NCBI GenBank assembly: GCA_965235115.1
Contig: OZ249436.1
Location: 38,628,001-38,692,000 of the forward strand
Direction: 5' to 3'
DNA length: 64,000 nucleotides
Origin: Laetmonice hystrix
Taxonomy: Eukaryota
Notes under the pieces: model-generated
Told to the model about the DNA's origin: nothing
The model's database searches: none
Seen by the model: only the letters and a program-made list of their open reading frames with translations
Part shown: piece by piece, positions 11,774-23,852 of the stretch
Numbering within the stretch: position 1 is the first letter of the stretch
How the letters are laid out: every line of letters begins with the position of its first letter
Program-made: the position numbers and the translations under genes

Positions 11774-11869
11774 TTTTTCCGATGGTACAGGTAGTCGCAG
11801 TCACAAAGACCACAGCTAGCCGGCTGCCAACCTCAACAATGATGTAGTCTCGGCAATATCCCTATAGAT
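11774..11869 (-). other. 5' UTR part of the first coding exon of the ITPR-like gene; implies an upstream non-coding exon
   Basis: Acceptor-like gcatttccAG at 11870-11871 on the minus strand, 96 nt upstream of the ATG. Confidence 0.45.
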
Positions 11870-12146
11870 CTGGAAATGCATGAGCCGATGAAACGGTTAT
11901 ATGGCTATAATAATGTTGAGCAGGTTAACTAATAAAATAATAATGCTATAATTCCGGGGAACTGTGCTCTGTCGTGATGGCTCTGCCATGGGTTCAGAGA
12001 CGACGTTGCACTCCAGGGTGGATGATAGCGTATGGTGAAGGTTTATTGGTAACTCCGAGCTAATCCAAGACGAAGTCGGAGTTCAGGCGAGTCTGAGACT
12101 GAAGGCATCTGACTGAAGAGCGTTCTTTCTATACATATACAGGTTC

Positions 12147-12318
12147 CAGTGGCCTATCCACGATGGGAAGGGGGGGGGGGGGTTCTAAAAGATTGGCCGG
12201 GTGGGAGGGTCCAAACGTTGCAAATGATCACATTTCCATGTTATCATGTAATTGCCAGATTGGGGTGGGGTGGGGGGCGTGCGGGCACCCCCCCCCCCCC
12301 CCTCTGGATACGCCACTG
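12147..12318. mobile_element. MITE, 5-bp TSD (hAT5-like)
   Basis: TIR CAGTGGC(C/G)TATCCA...TGGATACGCCACTG; TSD GGTTC. Confidence 0.9.
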
Positions 12319-12424
12319 GGTTCTGAACAATGTTGCCGCTGATATTATAGGAACAAGGCGCAGCTGGGGGCGCGAGTATTACGTTTGTATATTTCAGGGT
12401 AAAGAGGCGGTGGCAGATTAAGAG

Positions 12425-13347
12425 TAATACCCTAGTCACACTAGAGGCGGAATGAGCCAGAATGCTGTCGGAATGAAAATTCTTGGTATATTCCTGGATA
12501 TTCGAAGTGCATTCTAAAAGTTCTGACTGCATTCTGAGTGCATTCCAAATATTCGGGCCCATTCTTGTGGCCGGCCCGAATGTTTTGCTCATGCTCAAAA
12601 CTTTCGAGGTGCATTCGAAGGGGAAAAATATCGAACGGCATTCGAAGTGTATTCTAAATGCACTCTGACTGCATTCTAAATATTCTTACGGCATTCCAAC
12701 AGCATTCGAAACATTCTGATCGCATTTGAGGCAGAATCGAAACGGCAAGCCACTTCAAATCCTGCCAGAATGTCCCGAATGCGCCTCGAATGAGCCGGAA
12801 TGCACCTCGAATGCATCTCGATTGCTGCCGGAATCTATACTCGGACATTCGTGTTACATTCTAAGTACATTCGAAGTGCATTCTAAGTGTTCGAGCTGCA
12901 TTCTGTTTGAATATTTGGACGTTCGAACCATATTCGGCAGCCATTCCGGGAGCGTTCTGACTGCATTTGAGGTTAATTCGTACAGCATGCGAGGCACCTT
13001 CCATCCAGACATCGGGCGGTATTTGGGCAGCAATCGAACCGCACTCGTACGGCATTCGAGGTGCATTCTAAATATTCTGACTGCATTCTAACAATATTCT
13101 AAATATTCCTACTGTGTTCCAACTACATTCAAGCTGCATTCGAGCTAATACACCCGGAATGTGCAAGAATCATTCGAGGCGGGTTCGAAGCGCATTCTAA
13201 GTATTCGAACGCTATTCTTACAAAGCTGTAAGAATTTTGGTCAATTTGAAATTCCCTCCCGAATGTGACACGAATTTTGAGAATTCTCCATTCCGGCTGG
13301 TTCTGCTTGATTCCTGCTGATTCCGAATAAGTGTGACGGGGGTATTA
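12425..13347. mobile_element. Non-autonomous DNA transposon rich in GCATTC/GAATGC/TTCGAA motifs (possibly Harbinger-like)
   Basis: Inverted termini TAATACCCTAGTCACACT...AGTGTGACGGGGGTATTA; interior made of dense short motif repeats in both orientations. Confidence 0.8.
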
Positions 13348-13737
13348 GGGACAACTGGGACGCGGGCCCCAGTCTGTCCCGATTGTAAATATAACATAAG
13401 AATGCAAAGTTAACAGATATATGAAAGGATATTACGATTAAAGGTTACTTTCACAATTATACATTAGGCTGGATTCCACCAAAAGTGTGTTTCGTGGACC
13501 GATGCATCGGCCCGAAAAGACATCTGGCCGAACTTGGAGGCGATGTTTGTGCACGATGTCGGACGTCGGTTCATCTGATGAATAAACAAAATTGCTCTTC
13601 CACCAAGCCATCGGATGGCGAATCTGATCATCGGTCCGATGACAAAATATTACTAGATCTACAGTATAGGCCTATTTGCATTCCCGCCGATTTAATAACC
13701 TCGCGGCTCATGTACATTACTAATAAGGGCGTTCAAG

Positions 13738-16700
13738 ATGAAGTGGAGTGACATTCAACTTGTCACACTCGGGGTCACAGCAACTTTTCTACTAGAAGAT
13801 GAGGATATGTTCATCTGCAACGGTATCGAGAGACGCCATCGGCAGGCCTACTGGATGGCGCCTTACCTGCGTGACAGAACAGACCCAACACAACGTAACA
13901 CAATGCCCAAATTGGAGAGACACATGATAAAGGTGAGCACATGTAGTCGATAATAGGTGGAAACTCAGTTTCTATACATCTGACTGTGACGATAGACTGG
14001 ACCTAAGGTAATTTTCACGAAAAGAATGCAGATTCAGTGCCCCCGTTCGAGCCCTCCTAAAAGGCAGGCTTGGCCTAACAGGGCCAATTGGCACCGATTG
14101 GTGCGGGGGAGGGAGTAAGGTATTGGTGCAGGGGGGTTACAGGGGACGGATCCAAGTGTTAGTTAGGACCTAACAAAAGCTAAAAAAAATCTTTAGCACC
14201 CAGGGGGGTTACAGACCCCCGGGCACGGCCCTGCCTAAGGTGTTTATCAGTAACAGATGGAGAGTTACAATGAATTGTAAACATTTTCTACAAATGTGAT
14301 GAAACAAAATATTGGAAAACCTTGGGTAGCGATGGCTTATAGGGCAGGTGGGAGAGATGGTGTTAGTTTTGGAGACGAGGAAATGCATCGTCCGGTATGG
14401 CTATAAATAGTTTATAAATGATTTTTTTTTGGTGTTGTAATATTTTTATTTCTACCTTACTTTAACACACAGAGTCAAAACGCTAAAGCTTTATTAAATT
14501 TCTTTTTGTTAAGACAGATAATAAAACATTTTAAATACTCTTTTCAGCTTGGCTGTGATTACGAATTTATGGCAACCATTAGAATGTCGCCAGACGTCTA
14601 TGCTGAAATAAAGAGACTTGTATATCCCCACATCTATAGACAAAATACGAACTAAAGAGAGTCTATAACGCCTACTGAACGTCTGTCGCTCACCCTCAGA
14701 TACCTAGCTCACGGTGAGTACAGGAAAATATTTCTATGGAGGATATAAAAGATAGCCACTAAAGCTCATGGGTCATTCCATGGTAAATGTAGCCAATGTG
14801 TTATATGACGGCTGACATGGGGGATTGGAAGACGTGAAGGACGTAACATCTGACACTTCCAAAGGCGTGAAAGAAAAGATAAATCAAGTCTTGGCCTTTC
14901 CACAGCACACATAATAATTTGAGCAGTGATCTCACAAGACTGGACCTCACAAAAATACAAAACACCCTTTAAAACAAAAGAAATTATTGATGACATAAAA
15001 TGTGTGATAAAAAATAGACTTCCTTATCTGATTATAGAACAAATACAAAGAAGATGTGTATGTGGCCAATTGCTTTCCTCCTCGAGAATATTCTGGAAAA
15101 ATTGTTCAGAAAAATGTTAGCCCTCTTAAAAGGAATATAGAATCCACCTGGAAGAGTGTGGAGTTCATCACTGATAATGATCATCAGCGTACAGCGTACA
15201 CGCTACACTACACAGGCCCGTAGCCAGGGGGGGTGCGCAGGGTGCATACGCAGCCCCCCCCCCCCCACAGCCCAAGCTCCCCCTAACTTCAAAAGGTTGC
15301 AAGCACTCGCTGGAGTAGGCCTACCCTGCACCCCTCACCTGGCCAACAGTCCAAGATCTTCCTAACTTCAGTTATTTTGTGCTCCAAATTGCACCAGATA
15401 TCACCAAAATACACCTTAAATTTCAAAATTTTCTGGGGGGCCATGACCCTGGATCCGCCTAACTATAGGCTTCGCGCTCTCAGCACTAAAAGTTTGCAGA
15501 CTTTGCACCTTTGGCCTGTGGGGCTTGTGTGCTTCGTGCCTATAGCTATGAGCGCTGGGGGACTGTAGCGGTAGGGGGGTTGGGGGTGTCCCCTGCATTC
15601 CTGTTCCTAAATATTGACAGCCAAGGCCGTAGCTAGCGGAGGGGGGCAGTTCCCCCCTGTAACACCCCCCCCCCCCCCCACACCCACCAGAAAATTGTCA
15701 TATTAGGTCTAATTTGACTGCAAACTGGCTGGGATCGTCGGTGGTATCATCAAAAGTGGCCCAGCAGGCTTTTCATTTCTATCAGAAAAGTGATTTCCAG
15801 ATGCCGGGAAATAGTGGGTTTCTTTTGCCTTCCATATTAATTTTTTCCCCAAGGGAGGGCCCCGGACCCCAAGCGGCAGGAACGGCTCACTCTGTCGGCG
15901 CTTGCTGAATTTTACCTTATAGCTTTATCTCTGCAGCCCCCTTTCGCAAATGCCTGAATCAGCCCCCCTATCTTGTCCATTACATTTTTTTTGTATAGTA
16001 TTTCCATGCAGGGAGGGATCCAGGTTGGCGCCAAATAGGGGGGGGGGATTGTGAGTGCCAAGAAGGGGTATATGCTTGGTTTGAACCTTTCAAGCAGAAA
16101 AAAAATTAGCCACTGGTTCTCATATAAATAAATGCACACGCCCCTGTTCATTTAAAAAAAGTGTTTTCGGCTATAGGACCTCGGCCCAACTAATATAACA
16201 CCTTGCATTTCCGTCCCAGATGCCAGGGAAACGCCTATTTGGCACTTTAATTTTCATTTTTTTCATTTTAATTTTTTGACCCCTCTCCCCCATTCAAGGC
16301 TTCGCGTCTTCGGCGGGCCTTCCCCAAATTCCTGAATCCGCCCCTGACTGCCCTACTCAGAAAGTTCGAAGCTGGGTAGGTTATATGGATTATGAACATC
16401 TTGCTCCCTCCCTTTCTCATTGTTTTTGGCGACGTTGGTAAGCACTTTTACGGCCCAAATTAGGCTACCTAGACAACAGAACACCGATGGCAAAAATACC
16501 CCTTCTTCCCCATAATACGCACCCCCCCCCCCCCCCAAAGAAATCCTGGCTACGGGCCTGCTACATAAGTAAGAATACAACACAGTGCAGGGAAAATAAA
16601 ATATTCCTATTGAAAAAAAAGATATAATGACAGGGGGATTGGATGTAACATGGACAGTGACACCATAGTGCCTTCAGTTCTTTGTTACGTCTAGAACCGT

Positions 16701-18298
16701 AGGTGAATTTAGCTGGTATTTTCCCAATGAAAAGGGCAATAGATTATTGCCAATGGGCAGGAGTATTAGGAGAAATTAGTAAGAACTCAAGAGAGAATGA
16801 TATCTTATTTACAGCTGTCCAGCAAAATATTTCACAAGTATAAAGTCTGTCATTGACCAGAGCACTCAGTAGAGCATCTCGGTGTAGCATAGCTTCTGAC
16901 TTGCCAAATATCTCATGTCATAAATATATTTGAATTCCCCTATAAATTCTCCTATAAATATTCACAGTATGGATTGGACGTAACAGGTTATGGAAGTAAC
17001 AGAACTCTACACATCAGAAACTAATGCCTGAAGTCCTCTCTCATTTTCCTCATGTAGGAGCAACAGTCTGAGCATGTGTAGGCAAATTGTAGGTGTTCTG
17101 ATGTTTTAAAAAGTTTGTAAATCAATGTCTTTTATATGTTTTTACAGGCGACAGTGTTCATACCCTGCACCATGCATATCTCATAGGATATAGCACTGTT
17201 CTTCCTCTTGCCAGGGATACTTGCCGTGCGATATTTCGTGTCCTAAAAGATGAGCATATGAAGGTAATTTTATAAAGTTTAATTTTATGGGTAAATTATT
17301 GAATTAAATTTCATTACGACTTAGCTTGTTATTATGATAGTCGACTTTATATTTGTGATTATTTTGTATTAATTTGTGTATGTGCGTGCGTACATGAATC
17401 TATTTTATTTCTATCAGATACCAAGCACCAGAGTGGGAGGCAATAGCAAGAGGCTTCCAACGTCGATGGGACTTCCCCAATACACTAGGAGCTGTTGACG
17501 GGAAGCATATCAGGATCAGATGCCCAATAGGGTCAGGATCCGTATACTACAACTATAAGAACTACTATTCTCTAGTCCTGCTCGCTGCAGTCGACAGTGA
17601 TTACCGCTTTGTATATGTCGACGTAGGGTCGGAAGGAAGAGCATCGGATTCAACCATATGGAAAGAAGGCGATTTCTATAAAGATATCTGTTCAGAAACA
17701 AACGTTTTGACCCCCCCCCCCCGCCAAAGAAATTGCCAGGCTGCAAGGATCGTCTGCCATACTATTTCGTGGGAGACGATGCTTTTGCATTAGGGGAACA
17801 CATGATGAAACATTTCCCTTCCAAGAGTCCGATGTACGCTGAACGGGTCTACAACAACCGGCTTAGCAGAGCCAAACGCGTTGTTGAAAACTCGTTTGGC
17901 ATGCTCGCCAACAGGCTTCGGATCTTACATCGGCAACAGGACATGGAACCAGAAGGTGTAAAAGTCACTGTAATGACCATGGCAGTCCTCCACAACTTCT
18001 TAAGAAGTAAGTCCAAGTCAGACTACATGGCCAAGGGTCAGGTGGATTGGGAAGACCGTAACCATGATGTCCTTCTTCGTGAGTGGAGGGCAACTGGGCA
18101 GTTGGACAGCTTGGGACACATGAAGGTGAGAAACCAAGTCATTACGTGAAAGAAGTCAGGAACAGCATCCGGCGGTGGTGTATAAGTAAAGATGGAAAGG
18201 TCCCTTGGCAGGATGAGCAAGTTCGCAAGATGAGGGAAGATGAAGAGGCTGAAGAAACCGAGTATGGAAAGGGATGCTTAAGGACAGGTCGTGACTAG
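13738..18298 (+). pseudogene. PIF/Harbinger (HARBI1/DDE_Tnp_4-type) transposase pseudogene, 4 exons
   Basis: Exons 13738-13932, 14548-14713 (IRMSP...ERLSLTLRYLAHG, in-frame TAA at 14653), 17148-17263, 17418-~18298 (WDFPNTLGAVDGKHIRI, YYNYKNYYSLVL, VGDDAF, YNNRLSRAKRVVENSFGML); frameshifts near 17430 and 18140. Confidence 0.92.
15213..16560. mobile_element. 1.35-kb composite MITE (5-bp TSD) in transposase intron 2, with nested related MITE fragments
   Basis: Perfect TIR CAGGCCCGTAGCCAGG...CCTGGCTACGGGCCTG; TSD CTACA. Confidence 0.9.
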
Positions 18299-19499
18299 GT
18301 CCTTCTTATTCATGTAGCTAGAGGATATTGATATAAATGTACTAGTGATTAAAGAATGGGTCCAGGCAAGATTAAAGCTAAGTTTGATAGATAAAACAAA
18401 GCAAGGGATATTTTGGGCCCTCAACCGTTGAACGAATATTTATAAGCAGCAGAATTGGTCCAAAAATTGTACTTAGAGAATGTATGCATTCCTATTGATA
18501 TCTGCCCTAAACCTAGCCTAAATCTTGCCCGGACTCATCCTTCAATATTCTGAAGTTAACTAATGGTATATTAGATACAAGGGTTAGGATCTTGTAGTAC
18601 TTAACAATAACTCTTCTACTTGAACTGTTATCTTTCATTCGTGAAAAATTGTAAACATTCTATGCAAAGCGTTGATTATCTTTATGGTCATTCAGTATCA
18701 AAGCATAAGGGTCAGAACAAGCCGAGTAATGGATGTGATTTTATTCATAAAATCATATTATATGAATAAAGATTACGGTTTTCTTTAAAATAACAGTTGT
18801 ATTTTCCTTTATAAAAACGTCTTCTAGTAACTTTTCTAAGGACACAATTGTCTAAGGATAGAAATACAACTACCATGTTTAGAACGTTTAAAATGTTTTA
18901 AACCTTATCCAACGTTTAACAATTGTAATATGTACGCTTAATCTATCTGAAATGACATATTTTTCCTCTTAATCGCCATTAATGTCCAATAACTAAAGGT
19001 TTAAAAATATTTCCTTTTTTCTGAATTACATCGATATTCATAGGTGTGTACACTCTCCTATCTGGGGGCTATAATGAACCTAAAATGTAAAAAAAAAAGC
19101 AACGAACTAACTCTTCACATGTCAGTTTGTGATATTTACCAGTATTACGCTGGAGTGCCCAGAGTACACATGAAAAAACCTAAACCAACCTACAACCCAG
19201 AATAAAATCCACATTTTTGGAAAAAAAAATTCTGAACAAACCTATAATCTCTGTATGTATAAAATAAGACGATAATCTCCTGATTCTGCAGTGTAATCAA
19301 TATCCAGGCATCCCTACCTATTAATTTTAGCCATGGGAAGAGGAATTTGTATAAAGTTATGTTTTCTCAAAACTCTGAATATGTAATCTGAGCAGTACGC
19401 ACTGTAATATGCAGAATATACATATAAAATCTGTCTTGGATCAAATAGATAATGACCTAATTGTACAAAAATAAGTCTATTTTCATTCCTTTCCTTAGG

Positions 19500-20745
19500 A
19501 AAAATCCGTCCTTTAATGTGTTTTTTTACAAAGGATATGTACATAAATTTGGCATCAATCATCCTGGCTCATACGTCCCATCTGACATGACAATGATTTA
19601 GCCCACAAGAGATCAGCTTTCTCTAGGCCCTCAATGATTTTCTCTGTTGGATGGCGATTGGCTATTGCTGAAATCGACTCGGTGAGGGAGGTCTTTAGCT
19701 TGGTGCGGTCAGCTATGACTTCAGCAATAGCATTGCCAATAAATATGAAAAGGGAAATAATTAACAAATGGCATTCATAGATAAATTTTATGACTCTAAG
19801 GGTAACTCAGATGACAAAAATTATAAGATCAATGTAAAAAATGATCTAAAATGGGGGAACATGTGGGGGTGGGTGTATATGTGTATCCGTATAATCAGTA
19901 TTATCGTGACTTGTATACATAATATACATTACATCTAGCCCACTTGGGTTTTCATAAGTCACACTTATTTAAAAATAAGATAAAAGCGCTTGCAACCTGA
20001 TTTAACCAACTACAGAGATTATGTTTTTTTCGAAAATCTTTCCAACAAATCTACTTGTCTCCATAATTATATCCATCGACATAATTGAAAAAACACTGGT
20101 CAGGGGTGTAATCCAGAATTTTCAGTTGGTGGGGGGGGGGGTTCCAGGTCGAGGCCAATGGGTTGTGTTTGGGACACAAAAGGCTTGTCAACCAGAACTG
20201 CCCCCCCCCCGTCATACAAAAGGGTTATCCCAATAATTACCCCCCCCCCCCAAAAAAAAAAAAAAAACTGCGATTTTTATGGATGACTCAAGGGTTCTCA
20301 CCAGAAATTTTCGACAGCGTAGTGGTCAAACCAAGGGCAGAGGGTCACAGGAAAGGCAATGCCCCCACCCCGGCCCCCACCCCCAAACTATAGTAATTTA
20401 GGCTGACGGGACTTGCTGCGTCCAAGTCCCGGTCAGTGATGGCTGCAAGCCGGTCAGGTGGCTGGGCGGAATGTACAGTAGGCCTACAGCGGAAGATACA
20501 GTACCGGTTCACGTGACCCGGTCTGGACCCAACCTTGAATTCGGGGATGAATACAAACGCACCTCTGCCCCACCCAAATCTATCAGATCCTTTTCCCAAT
20601 CGTCCAGTTTCTTTGCCGCACCCCTAACAGTTCTACGTGGTGGTCGCGGGGGCGGTCCACTTTCTTGCCCTGCAGGGTCAGGGACATCACATTTTGGGTT
20701 TTCTTTGGTCTTCTTCGCTGGAGCCTTTCTTTTCTTTCCTGCCAT
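19500..20745 (-). pseudogene. Remnant of Harbinger ORF2 (Myb/SANT/MADF-like DNA-binding protein with BESS-like C-terminus)
   Basis: Basic NLS-like start MAGKKRKAPAKK, then WEKDLIDL..AEVRLYS (MADF helix-1-like) at 20509-20745; DLLWAKSLSCQMGRM at 19555-19740; convergent to the transposase; stops present. Confidence 0.55.
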
Positions 20746-22019
20746 CTTTGCGCTTTGTAGGCGTACGATCACATGACCACTGAGTCACGTGACGCGAACA
20801 GATTGAACGTATCCAGCTAGCCATAGGCCCTATCCTCGATATCGCTGAATAATGACGCACCCACCAGGTCGCCCAACACAGCCTGGGCGTGGGAAGGCCA
20901 TGAAAAGTGGTGTGTGTGTGTGCGATGTGGGGTGGGGGTGGGGCAAATCAGTCCATTACGCGAGTGCCGAAGGTGTGAAGTCTGGGAGAAAACTGTGAAA
21001 TTTCGGGGGGGGGGGGGGTGGTGACATCTGGTGCTTTTTAGAACACAAAATAAGGTAGGCCTATAGGGGCCTAGGCCTAGATCTATAATTTTATCTTAAG
21101 ACTGAACTCTTGTTTCAAAGCTTCTGATTGGTCCTTCAAATGAAGTCCCCCCCCCCCCAATATAATCTATAACCATACATTGCTTTGGTGGAATGGGCAG
21201 AGAATGTAGACCTCTATAGGCTAATAGAATACAAATAAATTCAGCAGAGCTTATGAATGCATGCTCTCCTTGATTGAGACAGATCTTAAGCCCCCCCCCC
21301 CTCCTCCCTGCCCAAAATCAGGAATCTGAACCACAGTAAATGGGATGGGCTTGGGGGTCATTTGAGTCGCAGGCTTTGCTAATTGAGTCGGCCGCAACGA
21401 ATGGCGCATCCAGGATTTGAGGAAAGGGGGGCACCATTTGGTGAATAGAAATCTAATATTATCAGGGGCCTATTTTCGGGAATGTCGAAGACATAAACAA
21501 ATTTCCACTATTTTTTAATCGGCCCCTGGAGTTTTTTTTTTGGGGGGGGGGGGGGGGGCATCCGCCTTTGATATCGACGGGTCTATATAAGGCCTATATT
21601 ATGAGGCTACTATTCGTCCGGCCAGATGTCCGGTCAGATGATCCGACAATATTCAACTTTCTGAATATTGTCGGATGACGTCGATTCGACCTCTCTCGAT
21701 GACCCGACGGGTCACCCGACGTCCGACAGAGCTGTTCCACCAGGCCAGATGTTATAGACGATGCCCCCCGATGCATTCCGGGCATGATTTCTCGGACCGA
21801 TGCCGTCCGATGCGTCCGATTTCTTCCGGTGGAATTCCAGATTTTGCCCGATGACGTCGGTCAGACTTCTCTCGATGACCCGACAGGTGGCCCGACGTCC
21901 GATGAAGGTGTTCCACCAGGCCAGATTTTGTAGCCGATGCACCCCGATGCCACTCTGGGCATCGTTTTCTCGGCCAGATGCCATCCGATGCGTCCGATTT
22001 TCCCGGTGGAATTAAGGGA

Positions 22020-22269
22020 CAGTGGCGGATCCCTTGGAGGGGGCATGACCCCCCCCCCCCCCGACCAAAAAAGCCAGAGTAGTGGGGACTGAACAACGGT
22101 ATTCTGGTTGTCACATGCAGCGGCCCCCAAAAGCCATAGGAACGAGTTTCTGAGTGGCTATTTTTTCCAAGTTTTCTGGGAAGGACCCCTAGACCATGCC
22201 TTCGGCGCTCATAAGTTCTGCTTAGCCCGATGCCCCCCCCCCCCCCCAGGTTTTCTGGATCCGCCCCCG
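22020..22269. mobile_element. MITE, 5-bp TSD (hAT5-like)
   Basis: CAGTGGCGGATCC...GGATCCGCCCCCG; TSD AGGGA. Confidence 0.85.
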
Positions 22270-23852
22270 AGGGAAAGGTAAAATGTTTAAGGGAAAGGTT
22301 GTTTTCTAATATATCTTATTGAATGTCGTGTTTTGTAGTGTAAGATGGTAGGCCTTGTACGAAGTATATACTTGGCGTACCTATACAAAAAGAAAAGGGG
22401 TGCTATGCAAAAATATCATTTTATAGAAGGTATAGTTTGGATATTTGTACGGTACTTCTTGTATCAGTCGATGAAGACAGTAGATCTAGATTTGGACTGA
22501 TCACAACTATATTGTTTCTGTCATGAATCATATTAAAAGAGAAACCATCGTGTCTGGCATGTTTTCAGTGGGGAAATAGTCATAAAGTTCTCGTCAAGGT
22601 ATATGTCTTGTGGTAGGTGAAACATGTTGTATTGCAGTCTTTGGCACGTAATGAATACTGCTCTATAGTTCCAGACAGAGCTTGGCACCGTCTGTCACAA
22701 TGCGTTACCTAACCTCACAAACATGAAAAACGTCACTATACCTGATGAGTTTTCTGTTGAATGTCCTGAGTATCGTACGTGTTTGAACCAACGTATCATG
22801 TTGAATGTATCACCATTCGTATCACGGCGCATTGGGACATCTTGTACTGGTCACAACCTTCCCGCAATGACCACTGAAGAATTAAAATGCCAAACAGACA
22901 ATGGCAGTGGTGACCAGTCGGGAGCTCGGTTTGACCCGCTGGAAATAGAAGTTGTATTTTTATTTCACCCAGACACAGATTGGCTTCCTAACAATGGAAA
23001 ATGTTACGGTCGGCTGGCGTAAAAGCCGACACTGCACCCCAGGTCCAAACCCCCACCCCTCTCACACTCACGCCAACTACACTCATATGTAATCTTGGCC
23101 ATTAGAACATGAGTGTGGCTTAGTTTAGTCACGTTTAAATAGGTCTCAGGCCAGTTCTTTTATATCTCGCTGTGAATCCGTTAGAAGTACCAGACTTGTA
23201 GGCCTAATGACCATGATGTTGAAACACTCACCGAGAGAAGAAGTTCAAGGTCTGGAGGATCGTCCTGTCATCATACATCTAGCGCTGTAATTCCCAACCG
23301 GTCGATCCGATACATATGTATACATGTATATTACCGACCTCGGAGCTCCGAGGTCAGGCGAACGCTGGAATTGGTCATTAGGGGGTCGTGTCATGACGTG
23401 CCAAACGCAGGGACAGTCCGTAACCGCACGAACATAGAGAGGCGAATATAATACTTGTATGTCGGCACCCCCCCCCCCCCCCCCCATTCAATGAGCGGCT
23501 CTTTTGGCCAAATACCAGACCTCTGTTCATTTTTTATCAGTTTTTTCTTTCTTCCTGTTTTTCTTTCTTTCTTCTTTTCTTTAGTTATTATTTACTTATT
23601 TACTTACTCCCCTACTTACTTTTTTACTTACTTACATACTTATTCATATATTTGCTGTAAAAAATATATCTGAACCAGAAAGGTCCTTTTTCATAGAGCA
23701 CCCCCCCCCCTTCCTATACCAAAGATCGTGTGCATACGATCGCTTACATAAACGTTTGCCTTCCTAACCCCAGAGTATACAAAGTCAGTCCGGCGACTGA
23801 TACAAGGAGAGATAATCAGTATATAAATTATAACATGGTTATCTTGACCAAG

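Larger units (their letters stand above)
13468..22014 (+). mobile_element. Decayed PIF/Harbinger DNA transposon, with transposase and convergent Myb/MADF-like ORF2
   Basis: Left end TTA|GGCTGGATTCCACC; right end ...GGTGGAAT (outer bases do not match); CCGATG/CATCGG-rich subterminal arrays at 13490-13640 and 21615-22010; transposase pseudogene inside. Confidence 0.75.

Noticed and set aside
17733..18149. Stand-alone HARBI1 host gene
   Set aside because: Upstream exons contain a stop and frameshifts, and the transposon-like ends and ORF2 remnant indicate a decayed element rather than the domesticated gene.
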